Assembly: GCA_951406725.2 (NCBI GenBank)
Contig: OX597832.1
Span: 56,234,001 to 56,298,000 of the forward strand
DNA from: Octopus vulgaris
Taxonomy: Eukaryota
Direction of reading: 5' to 3'
Length of the DNA: 64,000 nucleotides
In this document: in pieces, positions 24,559-39,289 of the stretch
Position numbering within the stretch: the stretch's first letter is position 1
How the letters are laid out: the number at the start of each line of letters is the position of its first letter
Translations under genes and position numbers: made by a program
Notes under the pieces: model-generated
Told to the model about the DNA's origin: nothing
The model's database searches: none
What the model saw: the letters and a program-made list of their open reading frames with translations, nothing else

Positions 24559-24847
24559 CAGTGCTATTCAAAGTGGTGGTCTGCAGACCAGCGCAGGTCC
24601 ACAAGCCATCAACTGCCGGTACACGGTGAGGTTCCAGAAAAGAAAGAAACATTATAAAAGGCTTTATGTAATATTGTATTATTTGTTTACAAAATAAATA
24701 CACGATAAAAAAAACTGTCAACTTTTATTATATTCATTATATTGTTTCTGGTATAAATTGATATTACTAAGAAATATTACTGGCTCCTGGGACATTGGAA
24801 AAAGAAAAACTGTCAATATGCCACACCAGATAGTTTGAGAAGCGCTG
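24559..24847. mobile_element. hAT (Charlie-like) MITE nested in a SINE-like repeat
   Basis: TIRs CAGTGCTATTCAAA / TTTGAGAAGCGCTG; 8-bp TSD TCCTAGAT / TCCTAGAC. Confidence 0.85.
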
Positions 24848-25337
24848 TCCTAGACACAGCATCATAGTTGTGAGTGTCACTATCATGCAAGCGGCGCCCT
24901 CCATTTCTACTCTTCCAAGACATGTCTGGTTATGGGGAAATATTTACTTTATCCGGAAACAGGTGAGAGTTGGCAAAGGGTATCTGACTGTAGGAAAAAA
25001 TGCCTCAACAAATTCCGTCCTAACCATGTGATTATGAAAAAGCTGATGTTAAACAATGATGAGGATGGTAGCAAAATCTGGGAAATGTAGACTTTAAATA
25101 AATACAAAACATGTAACCAGCAGATTCTGTAAAGTGGTGGTAAGAAGGGCATCCAGCCATAGAAACCATACCAGAACAAATGACAGGAGCCTGGTGCAGC
25201 CCTCAGCCTTGCCAGCTCCTTTCAAACCGTCCAACCCATGCCAACATGGAAAATGGATGCTAAATGATGATGATGGTATGACAAAATACTAAATTGTAAA
25301 CAACAAAAAAATAAATAATAAAATAACAGGGCCAAAC

Positions 25338-25562
25338 CTGAAGACTCTGATCGACTATTCCATCTTGATGTGGAGCCGTGGTTATCACTCTGAGAATGGC
25401 CGAGAAGAGGGGTTCGTTCTGTTGGTGCTGGAGAAATTTCATCATCTTCTGAATCTGATTCACTCGCAGAATCTTGGTCTCGAGGAATAACTCGACGTTT
25501 GCACACTGGACAGGTCCTTTTGTTCTTGGTGAGCCAAGGGTCAATACATTTGCAATGGTAAG
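25338..25562 (-). CDS. RNF13: RNF13-like exon, second half of RING-H2, acidic stretch and dileucine motif
   Basis: ttgtag acceptor; (A)YHCKCIDPWLTKNKRTCPVCKRRVIPRDQDSASESDSEDDEISPAPTERTPLLG...; ERTPLL fits the [DE]xxxLL lysosomal sorting motif; donor G|gtttgg, phase 1. Confidence 0.95.
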
Positions 25563-26429
25563 CTACAACGAAATACAAGGTATGCATTAGAAGAAAATAA
25601 TTTTAACTGATACATCTCACACATTGAGAAGAGCATTGTCGCTGTGAGAATGATAACCTTCCATGTAAATACTTTTTTTTTCTGCTTAGGCACAGGCATG
25701 GCTGTGTGGTAAGAAGCTTGCTTCCCAACCACAAGGTTCGGGGTTCAGTCCCACTGCATAGCACCTTGGGCAAATGTCTTCTACTGCAACCTTAGGCTGA
25801 CCAAAGCTTTGTGAGTGGATCTGGTGGGCAGAAACTGAAAGAAACCCATTGTATATAAGTGTGTGTGTATAAATATATCCTTATATATGTGTGTGTGTTT
25901 GTCCCCCACCATTGCTTGACAACTGGTGTTGGTGTATTCATGTCCTCATAACTAAGTGGTTCAGCAAATGAGACTGATAGGATAAGTATCAAGATTACGA
26001 AGTATGTGAGAGACTGTAAAGGAAACATGTTGAGGGATGTAAAGGAATAAAAAAAAAAAAAGCAGAACACAGAAAGAAAAACTGGACAACAGCATGGAAA
26101 ATTTCTTTCCTTTTTTTCTCCCCACACACTGCATACAGAAGGACTAAGCTTGGTACATTTTAAAAAAAGAGGATCTGAAGAAAACCACAGAAGGCATTAT
26201 AATGGTAGCACCAGTATAGGTCATAAGGAGACCCTGTCTTGCAAGTTACCTGGTGACCTCAACCACAACAATGAAAAAGCACCCAGTACATAGTGTAAAG
26301 TCGCTGGAGTTAGGAGAGGTGTCTGAAGTTGATATTGGTGCTTGATGCAACCCTACAGCTTGCCAGATCTTGTCAAGCAATGCAACCCATGTCAGCATGG
26401 GAAATGCATGTTAAATGATGATGATGGAG

Positions 26430-27050
26430 AAGGGTATATACCAACTATGTCGATTATGTCGCAAGAAAGAAGGAGGCTGTAATCTATTTGGTATCAGCGT
26501 GTAAGAAGCTGGCAGAGAAGCAATGCAGAGGGGCTGGAGGAGACAGTTGGGTAAAATACATTATCTAGAACACACAGAAAAGTGTTGTGAACAAAGATCA
26601 ATGAAAAATGGCAGGGCAAAAATTTAAAGGGATATGAAATTCGATAGAGACAAAAAACTGGAACACTCAAGACTAGATATTGTTGTGTTAGAGAAAGATA
26701 ATAGAATCTATGTGATAATAAATCTACCCTGCCCATTTGACATCAGGGTGAAGAAAACAGATAATGAAAAGAGCATTTAAAATGAGAATCTAAAGTAGGA
26801 ATTAAAAGGGCTTTGGAACTTCAAAGAGAGAATGGTTATTTTTGTCATAACAGAATGACAAGGTACAACAGTGTCTGCAAATATCACCAAATAGTTTTCA
26901 ACAATCAGCACAGCTATTAATTTTACAACATCATAGAAAACGTGTTCCTTTGCCGCAACTGAATGATGACCCACTTAACTCTAGCTTACATAGGTTTTTA
27001 ATGGTTCAACCAATAATCTTTACAACAAAATGTTCCCGTTGTAAACATAC
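26430..27050 (+). mobile_element. R4/Dong/NeSL-type LINE remnant (CCHC finger and restriction-like endonuclease)
   Basis: Frameshifted CRLCRK..VIYLVSACKKLA and DMKFDRDKKLEHSRLDIVVLEKDNR..CPFD segments resemble the REL domain (RPDIV..D). Confidence 0.7.
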
Positions 27051-28072
27051 ATCTATATCTAAATATACATGACTGAGTAAACAGAATTACAGAAAGCAGG
27101 TCAGATCTAAATATAATTCGTTATATTTCAGAAGCTGACTAACTGGCAGAGATGAAGGGACATATAAATTGAATATGTCACCCACAAAAGTTTTAACAGG
27201 ACTCCACCTTACCAAAGCAGGTCTCATATTAAATGTCAAAATGACAAAAAGAAAAGTAAAGAATTGGTACATATTCAACAGTTACAGTTAACACACAACA
27301 GATTTGTCTCCCCTGTATTTTCCATTCTTATCAGGATTGTTCTTGTCATTTGGCATGCAATTTTAACTCATAAAAATCTCTTGGTTTCATCATGTAAGGA
27401 CACCAATTCCCAGTTTACTATTAAAACATATAACTATTAGCTTTACCATTTACTTTCAAGGTTTAAAGCATTCCTGTTAGTACATTTTAAACATTACGGT
27501 TCCAGTAAATCAATGAAATGTCTCTTAACCTTTCTATTATTCAACCCTTTCACATTTCAAAACTAGATGTATTTGGTTTTAGTTGTTTCATATATACAAA
27601 CTAATCATATTACTGCATACTACCGCCAGCTTAATGATTAAGGCATTCTGCTCACAATCGCAAGGTTGTGAGTTCAATTCCCAGCGATGCGTTGTATCCC
27701 TGAGCAAAATACTTTATTTGTTGTTGCTCCTATCCACTCAGCTGGCAAAAATGAGTCATACCTGTATTTCAAAGGGCCAGCCTTGTCACACTCTGGGTCA
27801 CGCTGAATCTCCCTGCAAACTACACTAAGGGTACATGTGTCTGTGGAGTGCTCAGCCACTTGTACATTAATTTCACGAGCCAGCTGTTCCATTGATCGTA
27901 TCAGCTGGGACCCTTGTCATCGTAACCGACAGAGTGCTCCTTCTTCTAAAAAAAATTACTGCATAACAACCTGAATATAGATTACTCGTAAAATTATTAT
28001 GAGATCAAATAACTTTTTTTCTATTGCTAACTAAAAGAATTACTTTGGAATTGCTGCATCTGCAGTCTAAAT

Positions 28073-28321
28073 CAGTGGCTCTCAACCATTTTTTTGCCCA
28101 TGGAACCCCTTTGATTCATATTTTATTTGGAGCGAGGGAACTCTCAAAGTCTTTTGATGTTTTAAAACTTCTTTTATATTTTTATGATTAAATATTATTA
28201 GGAATTGTATTTAAAATTGTTTAAGTATTTTGTGTGTTGTAGAAAGATAAACGGTTTATTGCAGATAAATTTTAACAACAAAATCCTCAAGGGCCATACA
28301 TGCCCTTGTTGAGAACCACTG
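28073..28321. mobile_element. hAT (Charlie-like) MITE
   Basis: TIRs CAGTGGCTCTCAAC / GTTGAGAACCACTG; 8-bp TSD GTCTAAAT / GTCAAAAT. Confidence 0.85.
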
Positions 28322-29616
28322 GTCAAAATGTTTGTCTTAGATTTAAATCAAAATTATTAACTATGTAAAAAGCACTAAGTCCATACCACATAAAAAATAC
28401 TAAATCCACAGAAGTCTGGTGCAAGCTTCTGCCTGGCTGGCTCCTGTTAAACCATCCCACAAATGCCAACATAGAAAGCGGATGATGACGATGATGACAC
28501 CAGATTTAGAGTCCAACTTCTCAATCTCATTTTGCTTTTTATCTCAATTATGTTCAGATTTACACTTTTGTTTCTCAATGCGAACAAAATGTTTCTATCA
28601 AAACACGAAAAATTTGCAAAAAATATTTTACTGACAGACCAATTACTCCCTTTATTTTAGTCAAGGGAGCTTTTTTCCTTTTCCCCACTTCTTTTCTGTT
28701 CTTTTCTTGACTTGCAAGTTACCTGGTGACCTCACTAATGCCAGTGGCATAATACAAAACAAAAAAACAAAACAAAAAAAAAAACACTCATTCTCCAAAT
28801 ATCTTAACATATTTCTCCTCCGAAATAGTTCTGCAAAGTGCGTTAATATAATTTACGAGATGGAAGAGGTAATGTTAAGATTGTAACGATAGAATCAAAG
28901 AATGAAATTAAAAAGAAATTGTATTTTAACTCTTTTGGGACCATATTTCTAACGAGATCTACCACGTGTTTTGATTAATTTCAAAGATAATCAAGCATTC
29001 TGAACAATAAAAACGAATAACTTTCTGTAGTTTAAGATAATATTCAGAACACACTGACAAAAAGGGTGTTAGATGAGAGATTTAATTTGTGATGCAGATG
29101 CATGCCGAGAGCTCCATAAAGAAGTGCTGATCTTTCAAAATGGATGGAACACATGGATGTAGGAGACCCAAGAAGACACAAGTTGAAGAACTGAAGAACA
29201 GCCTCAGGACGCTGAACCTTTCAGGTGAGATGACAAAGAAAATAGATGCCTGGTACCTTGCCATACTCAAGAAGACCCACACCCTGCAGCAAAAGTGTTC
29301 AGACCAATCGTTCTGGTGATGTAAAGCACCTGTGGCGGTGCCACATAAAAGCGCCTGTGCAGTGCCACATAAAAGAGCCTGTGACTGTGCTACATAAAAG
29401 CACACAGCAAAGTGGTTGGCATCCAGCCATAGAAACCATGCCAAATCAGATAAAGTCAGGTGCAGCTCCCCAGCTCAGGTCAAACCATCAAACCCATGCC
29501 AGCATGGACAACGGATGTTAAATGATGATCATGATGTAATATTAGTAATTTTCCATAACAGAAATAGAGTCAGTTTCAAGTGGATTTGTTATTAAGAAGG
29601 TTAAAGGTATACATAC

Positions 29617-29697
29617 CATGGGCACATGGTAAAACTCTGAGTTTGTCTCCTTCTTCATATTCATCTAAACAGATAGCACAAACATCATAGGATTCAC
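29617..29697 (-). CDS. RNF13: RNF13-like exon, first half of RING-H2
   Basis: ttcag acceptor, gtatgt donor; 81 nt; (G)[26 protein letters not shown]. Confidence 0.97.
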
Positions 29698-30136
29698 CTG
29701 AAAATTAGAGGGAAAGTATAACAGAAAAATAATAAAAACTATGATTATTTGAAACAGGAGGTCTCGAAGCAGATAAAGCTATAAATATTTGCATGAACAT
29801 ACTGGGTTAGAAACGCTTTCAATAGAAATATTTTGAAAATAAATCTATTTAGTTCATGTTGGATATGGTCGCCATGAATCTAACAGAAACAGGAAAACTG
29901 ATGGGACCCAACCATTATATTAACTGCATGTCAGGCAACTGCCTTGCTGATTACTACACCACAAAACACCTGTATTGCATCTCCCTCCTGCATGGGCAGC
30001 TGCTGGTCTTCCACAAAACAACTTTGCCTGGACATGTGCTTCGGAGGGGAACTTTCTAGGTGCAATCCCACAGTCGTTTGTGATCGAAGGGGGTCCTTTT
30101 ACATCTCCTCAAATTCATTACTAATATTTCCACTAA

Positions 30137-31090
30137 GGTGATGAGCTGGCAGAATGGTTACTGCGTCGGATAAGTGCTTAGCAGCATTTCTTCCGACATT
30201 GTGTTCAGAGTGAAAATTTCACCAGTCAGACTTTGCCAGTCATTCTCACAGGATTGATAAATTAAGTACTAGTTGGGTACTTGGGGAGAGGGGGGGGGCA
30301 GTGTAATCAACTTACCCGTCCCTCCCAATTGCTGGGCTTGTGTGTATAGTAGAAAGGAATATTTCTACTCTTTCAAAGGCAGTGAGCTGGCAGAATCATC
30401 AACATGCAGCGAGCTGGCAGAAACGTTAGCACGCCAGGTCAAATGCTTAGCAGTATTTCGTCTGCCGTTACGTTCTGAGGTCGACTTTGCCTTTCATCCT
30501 TTTGGGGTCGATAAATTAAGTACCCATTACGCACTGGGGTCAATGTAATCGACTTAATCCGTTTGTCTGTCCTTGTTCGTCCCCTCTGTGTCTAGCCCCT
30601 TGTCTGCTGTTACGTTCTAAGTTCAAATTCCTTGTTTGCCCCCTCTATGTTTAGCCCCTTGTGGGCAATAAAGAAATAAGAATCATTAGCACGCTGGGCA
30701 AAATGCTTAGCGGTATTTCGTCTGCTGTTATGTTCTGAGTTCAAATTCTGCCGAGGTTGACTTTGCCTTTAATCCTTTCAGGGTTGATAAATTAAGTACC
30801 AGTTATGCACTGGAGTTGATGTAATTGACTTAATCCCTTTGTATGTCCCCTCTATGTTTAGCCCCTTGTGGGCAACAAAGAAATAAGAATCATCAACATG
30901 CAGGACAAAATACTTGGTGGCATTTCGTCTGGTCTTTATGTTCTGAGTTCAAATTCCACTGAGGTCAACTTTGCCTTTCATCTTTACAGGGTCAATAAAA
31001 CAAATACCAGTTAAGCACTGGGGGTCCATGAAACTGACTCCCCTCCTCAAACTTGCTGGCCCAGTGCCAAAAGTTTGGAACCAATATTTC
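30137..31090 (+). repeat. Head-to-tail array of about four to five SINE family C copies
   Basis: Repeated GAGCTGGCAGAA / AAATGCTTAGC / CTTTGCCTTTCATC units. Confidence 0.8.
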
Positions 31091-31331
31091 TACTATTTCA
31101 ATTATCTCATCTCCCCAAGGTAATTAAACTATCAGTCGCTAATTAATAGCAGGACAGACTACTTAACTTAATGTTCGACACTGCCAGATGTCCAACCATG
31201 GGAAAATAACAGTACCTCTTTTTCAAGACAGTGCTCCAGCATGGCCACAGTTTAATGACAGAAACAGGTGATAGATAAGATAAAAAATACCCTACCCTTC
31301 ATATTTGTTGTGATTCAAAAGTCATTGTTAC

Positions 31332-31425
31332 CTTTTTTGAACTTTTTCACAGGGATTTTTTTCAGGTGTCTACTGGGAAGACGAGATCGGTGTCTTCTTG
31401 CTACATTTCGGCACGATCTTCCCAT
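31332..31425 (-). CDS. RNF13: RNF13-like exon, basic juxtamembrane region
   Basis: ttctag acceptor, gtaaca donor; 94 nt; MGRSCRNVARRHRSRLPSRHLKKIPVKKFKK(G) resembles RNF13 'RNRL..QLKKLPVHKFKKG'. Confidence 0.93.
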
Positions 31426-32976
31426 CTAGAAATTAAAAATTTTTAAATTCAAATATTTCCATGTCTTATATTTACAAATAAAAAAACCATAAAACCACCA
31501 TACAAAATATCCTCTAGAAAGCATGTATAATTTATATATCCCCCACCACCAAAAAAAAACCTAACTGTTCTTAACATAAAATGTATCTAGACCCTTTCTC
31601 ACTCAACCCCAAACATCACCACTGGTTTAGGGGTTCTACAACCCAATGGTTGTAGCAGTATCATGAAACATAATCTTCATTTAGCCCTTTGTCCAAAGCA
31701 TTTTCATAAGTTCGTCCTAAACATCCATGCGTGTTTTCAGACTTGACACTTTGGACATTTATACAACCCAGATATTCTACTAGTTTTATGTTCAAACTGG
31801 CCAGATCTTGTCTTTTACACTTACCTTACAATGTCATTCACAAAATAAACAAGCACATCATTGAAATCTGGAAGCTTTGAGATAACGCACGGTTAATACA
31901 AAACAACATGAATAAATAACCGTTGTATTTGTCAGAATAATCTGAATGCTAAAGGATTGATTAGCCTGTTTCATATATTCTGAATAACATATAACACTTG
32001 CCTTTCTTAAGCTTCAAGTTACTCTGGTAGTCAAAAAGGAACTTGCAAATGTGCATCATGTACGATGCATGGATGCCAGAGAAACATGTCTTGTGAAAAC
32101 ACATGCGAGATACAGGACAGGCAAAGGGCTAACTATACCTAGAACTAGTTTAGTGGAACTTTTTTTTCCCTCCCCAGTTATAATTTGGGCTAATAAAGTA
32201 GCTCAAATAACATTTGTTTTTGTGGCAGAGCACGTCAGATATAATTGTGCTTTCATCATCATCATTATTTAACGTCCGCTTTCCATGCTAGCATGGGTGG
32301 ACAATTTGGTTCGTCAGTTCTCAGTCAAATCGTCCAACCCATCATCATCATCATTGTTCGACCGTGGTCGAGACTTTCATAGTCTTTTCAAATGGCTAAT
32401 AATGTGTGCACGCGCCACTACTACACACATGCTAACATAGAAAGTGGACATTAAATGATGATGATGATGATGATGAAAGCACAATTATGTCTGACAAGCT
32501 CTGCCAGCCTTAGAGATTACTGGAAGTCTATGCTCATTCTCTCACAGCTAACAGGGTCTACAGAATTTTCAAACAATGGTAATCAGAGTTGAGTGGCTTA
32601 ATGACCCAGACTAAACTGGGCCCCACAGGTCTACTGTACTGACACTGATCAGACTAGGACAGTAGGTCTGTTTCCAGAACCAGTCTAATTAACTAACAAT
32701 TAAAACAAAAACAAAAAAAAACCCCAAAATACCCAAAAAAACCCCCAAAGAAACTCAAATCAATGACAAGAATGTTTTTAAAATTAACAATGGCACAGGC
32801 AGCTATGTGGTTAAGAAGCTTGCTTTGCAATCATGCAGTTTTAGGTTCAAGCCCACTGTACTTAAGCAAATGTCTTTTACTATAGTTCCAAGTCGACCAA
32901 TGCACTGAGAGTGAATTTGGAAGACAGAAACTGTGTAAAGGACAATCTCGTGTGTGTGTGTGCCTGTGTATGTATG

Positions 32977-33048
<72 letters not shown>

Positions 33049-35124
33049 TGCATATATATATGTATGTATATATACACATATTTACAAACACACATAAATA
33101 TGTGTTGTCATCACTGCTTGACAGTATTGAATTGTTTACATCCCTGTAACTTAGCAGTTCAGCAAAAAAATCTGACAATAAATATAAGCACCAGACTTTG
33201 GAAAAAAACAAACAACAACAACAAAACTGGCGTCTGTTTGGCTTAACCTTTCATGCTGGTACCCCAGCATGGCCACAGACCAATGAACGAATCAAGGTAA
33301 ACATGAAGGAATGTATAATAAAAAAAATTTCAACAATGATGCAAAAGAGAAAAAAGAACAACAAACCAACATTTGAGTGTATGATGCCTGATTTTATTAT
33401 GGGGGAGGTGAGGGGGAGGACTGTCTCCTGGTTGTGGATAGAATCATGAATAAGCAAAAGGAGCAAAGAAGGAAATTAAAGGAAAGAGAGGAAGGCTGGT
33501 AGTAACGAGAGCAATAAGAACAGAAGCCAACACAAAGGCAGGAGAGAGAGAAAGAGAGAGAGAGCAGTTAATCATATGAGTTTGGAGATGGTATTTCTAG
33601 TCGTAAGAAGAGTTAAATGTAGAGATGGGAGTCACAGTAGAAGCGGTTTCGTTGTGTTCTTGCCAGAAATGTTCTGTGAATTGTGCTAACGGTACGTATG
33701 GATGACTTAAGTTTACTTGTAACCTCCCCATTCTTATAAACACAAAGTAGATAACTAGCTCGATTTGTGATCATGAGTGCACCAAGCCTCACGTGTGTGT
33801 ATGCTCACATTTTTGTGGATGCTTGTACGAGCGACTGTAATTGTGCCATGCATTTATACATCCATGTCTGTTAACGGTTATTTCTAATACTTTTCTTGTT
33901 GGATTGAGTGTTCGTTTCTCCTTGTGCCAGCTGTGATTTTATTTTTGATCTTCTATATAAATGAAGATATTTCCTCTGTCTGGCTGCTTTTCTCTCTACA
34001 AAACGAAAAGTTACATTGCGGAACAGTCATTTAAATGAGTTGTATTTATCAATCACCCGACGAGATACATCTGCACCACAGGATGCTCCTGAATCAATTG
34101 TGGAGTGTCCCACCCAAGAGGAATTGATGCTAGATGTGTCGAAACAACTGTTGAGATTAACAATAAATTCTCGTATATTCCATCTTCTGTCTTTCATTTG
34201 TTATATACATACATATATATATATATATATATTTTCACTGCAACAAGCTGGCCTCTGTGCTGGTAGCACGTAAAAAACACCATTCGAGTGTGATCGTTAC
34301 CTGTGTCGCTTTACTGGAACTTGTGCTGGTGGCACGTGAAAAAACATTTGAGTGAGGTAGTCGCCAATGCCGCTGGACTGGCTCCTGTGCAGGTGACACA
34401 TAAAAAGCACCATTTGAGCGTGGCCATTGACAGTACCACCTGACTGGCCCTTGTGCCGGTGGCATGTAAAAGCACCCACTACACTCTCGGAGCGGTTGGC
34501 ATTAGGAAGAGCATCCAGCTGTAGAAACTCTGCCAGATCAGATTGAGCCTGGTGCTAGCATGGAAAGGGGACGTTAAACGATGATATATATATATATATT
34601 TATCAGGCACATGCCATCAGTAATTACTCAGGGTAGGAAGTTGGAGACCTTTATGTAGTAAAACACAAAAAAATAAGCGAAACACAGGCACGTGATTGAG
34701 TTGGAAGCAGATTTACTTCTGCCTTTATAGCACGTAAAGAAAACGTTGTTGTAGGAATGTACACAGCAAGTGTACTACAGCAATACTATACGTAATTTTA
34801 ATACTGAGATTGAAAGGCAGGTGCAAATTATGCCTACCTAATCTACAAAAAAATTAATTTATTTTGTATTTTACGCATAATAATCAGAGTAACTTTTATA
34901 ATTTTATTGAATTAGGTGTAAATTTTGCCATAAAAGGAAAATATTGCTATTGATATATTTTATTCAGTGTAGGCACTGTCTATCTTGCCTACCCAGGCGA
35001 CACATCCCTGAGATATATATATATATATATATATATATGTTAATAAAAATGGTAAGACAACAAAAGAAAGAAAGAGACCTCAATATTATGTAAATAGAGG
35101 AATATATATGTGTGTATATATATG

Positions 35125-35195
<71 letters not shown>

Positions 35196-35467
35196 CTTTA
35201 TGTATAAAAGACAGTGACCTGACAGAAATGAAGAACATGTAGAGAAATAGTTATGCAGATATATAGTTCACTTTGAAACCAAGAGACTACACATTCCATT
35301 CTAATGCATAACACTCTGAGCGAGTGTCTTCTATTATGGCACCAGGCTGACCAATGCTTTAAGAGTAAAACTGGTAGATTGGAACTGTACAGAAATTAGA
35401 CATGCTGTATTTCCTAGCATACAGGTTAAATTTTGCGGACTACATTTTACAGCCAAAAGAAGGTAGG

Positions 35468-35514
<47 letters not shown>

Positions 35515-36621
35515 CATGATGGCTTTAGAGGGCAAAAAATTCTATGTGAAATGCAGCAGGATTCAACATTATATACTACACTGACTTGTATGCCAGAAAA
35601 GCTGGTGTGAATGTTTGAAAACGTTTACTTGCATAACATCATTGCAGTGATGGTGATGTCATCTTTAACGCTCCTATGAAACAATGTCCTGCAGTTCAGT
35701 CGTTTCCAACAGGTATAAACCAGTGCAATTATAATACCTTACTTGAAAGACAGGTATGGGTCGGAGCAACCTGTTGTAAAATATTACCTTGTCCAACCCA
35801 TTTCAGTACAGAACATAGCCACAATGACAATTATGATGATGCATGAAAGGCAAGTTCAGTGAACATAGACAAGATTTGAACCCCAACCAATTTTGCCAAA
35901 TATAGCAAAATTAGGTACATAGAGTTCAGCAGAACAACACACGGTTTAAATTAGTGAAAGAGAGCAACCCTTGTTTATTCAAAATTATCAGTGCCAAGAA
36001 AATGTAAAGAGACGTACAATCTCAGAAATTATACATAATTCTATGAGCCTATTGTAATAGAGACACCTTTAGATTATGACAGAAAGAGAGAGAGAGAGAG
36101 AGGGGGGTGTATACTAAAGTAGTGGGGAGAACAAGACAGTGGCGAAAGGGTATGTGACTAAAAGAGAGAGAGAGAGAGAGAACGAAAGAGAGATGTTAAT
36201 GGTTTACAGGAATTATCGTCATTGCGCAAGGGGGGATAACTGCAGCAATCAAAGTGCAGAGCTTACAAACAGCTGCATAATCAGCAGTATTATCATCATT
36301 ATAAATTCACAGTAAGAAAATGTGGAGGAGGAGGGGGCGGGGAAGAAGAAGAAGGCGTAGCGGCAAACGTTAGAGTGTTGGGAGAGGTGGTAGCGACAAT
36401 GCAGAGGGAGAGTAGTGGCAGCAGCTGCAGTGGAGAAAGTGTACAGTAGAGGAGGGAGAGTATCAGTAACAAGAGCAGAGCGTGAGCGAAGGAGATTCTG
36501 GAGCGGAAAAAGAAAAGCAGACAGAGAGAGAGAGAGAGAGAGGGTTAGTGAGTGACCTGAGAAGCATGGAGACGTATGTATCGGTGGGGTAAGTAGAGGG
36601 TTTCTTGCCTACCTGACTTAC

Positions 36622-36727
36622 CATCACAACACAGCCAATCATCAAACATCCACCCATCACTGCAGCAAATGGAAACAAGTAGTTCTTCACATTGAAAGGT
36701 GGTCGTGGATCAATGGTCACTGTGAAA
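36622..36727 (-). CDS. RNF13: RNF13-like exon, transmembrane helix
   Basis: cttcag acceptor, gtaagt donor; 106 nt; (I)FTVTIDPRPPFNVKNYLFPFAAVMGGCLMIGCVVM is hydrophobic with a YLxPF motif. Confidence 0.93.
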
Positions 36728-36983
36728 CTGAAGCAGAAAGCAAAACATCATGTTGTTGTTGGTTTTTTTTTTGGTTTTTTTTGCAGTAAGACAGTTTTAA
36801 AACAGAGTTATAGCAACATGCTCGAGTGTGCATATATGCATATGTACACATGCATGCACAATGACATGGTATTGTTGCTACGTACATATACACACACATA
36901 TATACATACATACAGACATATATGCACACATACATATATAAAAAGATATACATCTATACATATATATACACATACAAATATAG

Positions 36984-37039
<56 letters not shown>

Positions 37040-39289
37040 GCCCACACATTTGGTGATGTAAGTAGGAATAAAAAACAACACAAAACACGAGTATATATTT
37101 TAATATTATTAAAAGGCAGTGAGCTGGCAGAATCGTTTACACGCCAGGCGAAATGCTTAGCGGTATTTTGACTGCCGCAACATTCTGAGTTCAAATTCCG
37201 CCGAGGTCAATTTTGCCTTTCATCTTTTCGGGGTCGATAAATTAAGTACCAGTTGCATACTGGGGTCGATGTAATTGACTGGCCCTCTCCCCAAAATTTT
37301 CGGGCCTTGTGCCTAGAGTAAAAAAGAATATTATTACTAAATGCTGAAGTTACTTAGTGACTCAAGAGCCAAGAGCCTCAGTCATTGATAAGAGTCAATG
37401 CACAAGACTCTTGGTCCTTGAGTCACTTGATGATTTCTGCCTATTACTAATTATATATATATATGTGTACATGTCTGTGTGTACATGTACATTACACACA
37501 CACACACACATATATATTACATTGTTGAGATTATTTTCTTAATACTCAGAGTTTCACAGTTCTTCACTGATCAAGTGAGATTAGCAACGAGTCAAAAAGC
37601 AACAAGAAGAGAATAAGCTGAAAGCTTTCATAAATAAAAACAATATTTCTATATAGTCTACTTTTATGCGTGCACACACATACACACGTACACAAAACAA
37701 ATTAAAGGTAACGCTATGCAACTTCGTAATACTCATTATTATTATTATTACTGCTTAGCGAGTTCAAAATCCGCTGAAGTCAACTTTGCCTTTCATCCTT
37801 TTGGGGTTGATTAAATAAGTACCAGTTATGCACTGGGGGTCGATGTAATTGACTTAATCCCTTTGTCTGTCCTTATTACCAGTATGTAATTGGTACTTTG
37901 GTACTTATTTAATCGACCCCGAAAGGATGAAAGGCAAAGTCGACCTCGGCGGAATTTGAACTCAGAACGTAACGGCAAACGAAATACTGCTAAGCATTTT
38001 GCCCAGCGTGCTAACATTTCTGTCAGCTCACCACTTTACATGTGTGTAGGCACATCTACACCTGTGCCTACACACACACACATTCAGCTAAGCCAAATTT
38101 TCATTTTCCCTGCTTTAATCACAGCATTATGTTATTTATTACAGCCACACTGTCTATAGCATTCTCTGTGTTTATGTGTGTATGTATCCTGCCCTCTCAT
38201 GCTATTTTGTTACATTTTAGCATATTTTATTACTTATTTCTTTATAGAAGTTTCATTTCATTTATCTTGCATTAACACACAGAGGATTGCCTTGCCATTA
38301 AATCACTGCCATGAATGAAAAATATTCAGTTAAGACAAATTTTCTTTCTCTCTGCTTTAATCATAGTATTAGGTAATTCTTTCGGTCACACTGCCCACAT
38401 TGATTTTACAGCGTCATATGTACATATTTTTTATTTATTTGTGAGTGTATATACATATTGATATATATATATATATTCTTTTGCATGTTTCAATCATTTG
38501 ACTGTAGCCATGTTGGAGCACCGCCTTTAGTCAAACAAATCAACCCCAGGACTTATTCTATGTAAGCCTAGTACTTATTTTATTGGTCTCTAGGAGACAG
38601 GGATGTAAATACATCAGCATCAGTCATCAAGCGATGGTGGAGGGGGACATAGACACACACACACGACAGGCTTCTTTCAGTTTCCGTCTACCAAATCCAC
38701 TAACAAGGCTTTGGTCAGCCCGAGGCTATAGTAGAAGACACTTGCCCAAGGTGCCACACAGTGGGACTGAATCCGGAACCATGTGGTTGGGAAGAAAGCT
38801 TCTTACCATACAGCCACTCCTTGTGTGTATGTGTGTATCATGCACCCCACAACTAGTTTGTTAATGTTTATTGTGTCCTCTCAGGTTATTTTTTTACATT
38901 TTAAAAGTTACTTTTTATTAAGAAGTTTCAACCATACAACTTGGTACTTTGCAGTGCACACTCCTACCCCACCCCCACCACCTATACTAGAAATCTTTCA
39001 CCTGGAACTTTCTACACGGGAAACCTGTTCCCGCTGACATCAGACCACTCACTGCGACATTACTACTACTACAAAATAAAAACAGCATTGCTGGCTTACT
39101 CGCATCGGAAATAATGACAAGTGTACATCTTGTGGGCTAATTATTGGCTCCACTCTATCTATATATCTTACCTTATCTTGTATAAGCAATAGTGCATATC
39201 ACACCTTTGTCTGGTAGATGTGACAAGTGTGAGGTGAATGTATGACAGTAAATTAAATGCAGGATAACCTATATGAAATTTAAATGGAT

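Noticed and set aside
39172-39210. Minus-strand AG...GTAAGA micro-exon candidate
   Set aside because: Not needed for frame continuity between the 46718 and 36727 exons and shows no family similarity.
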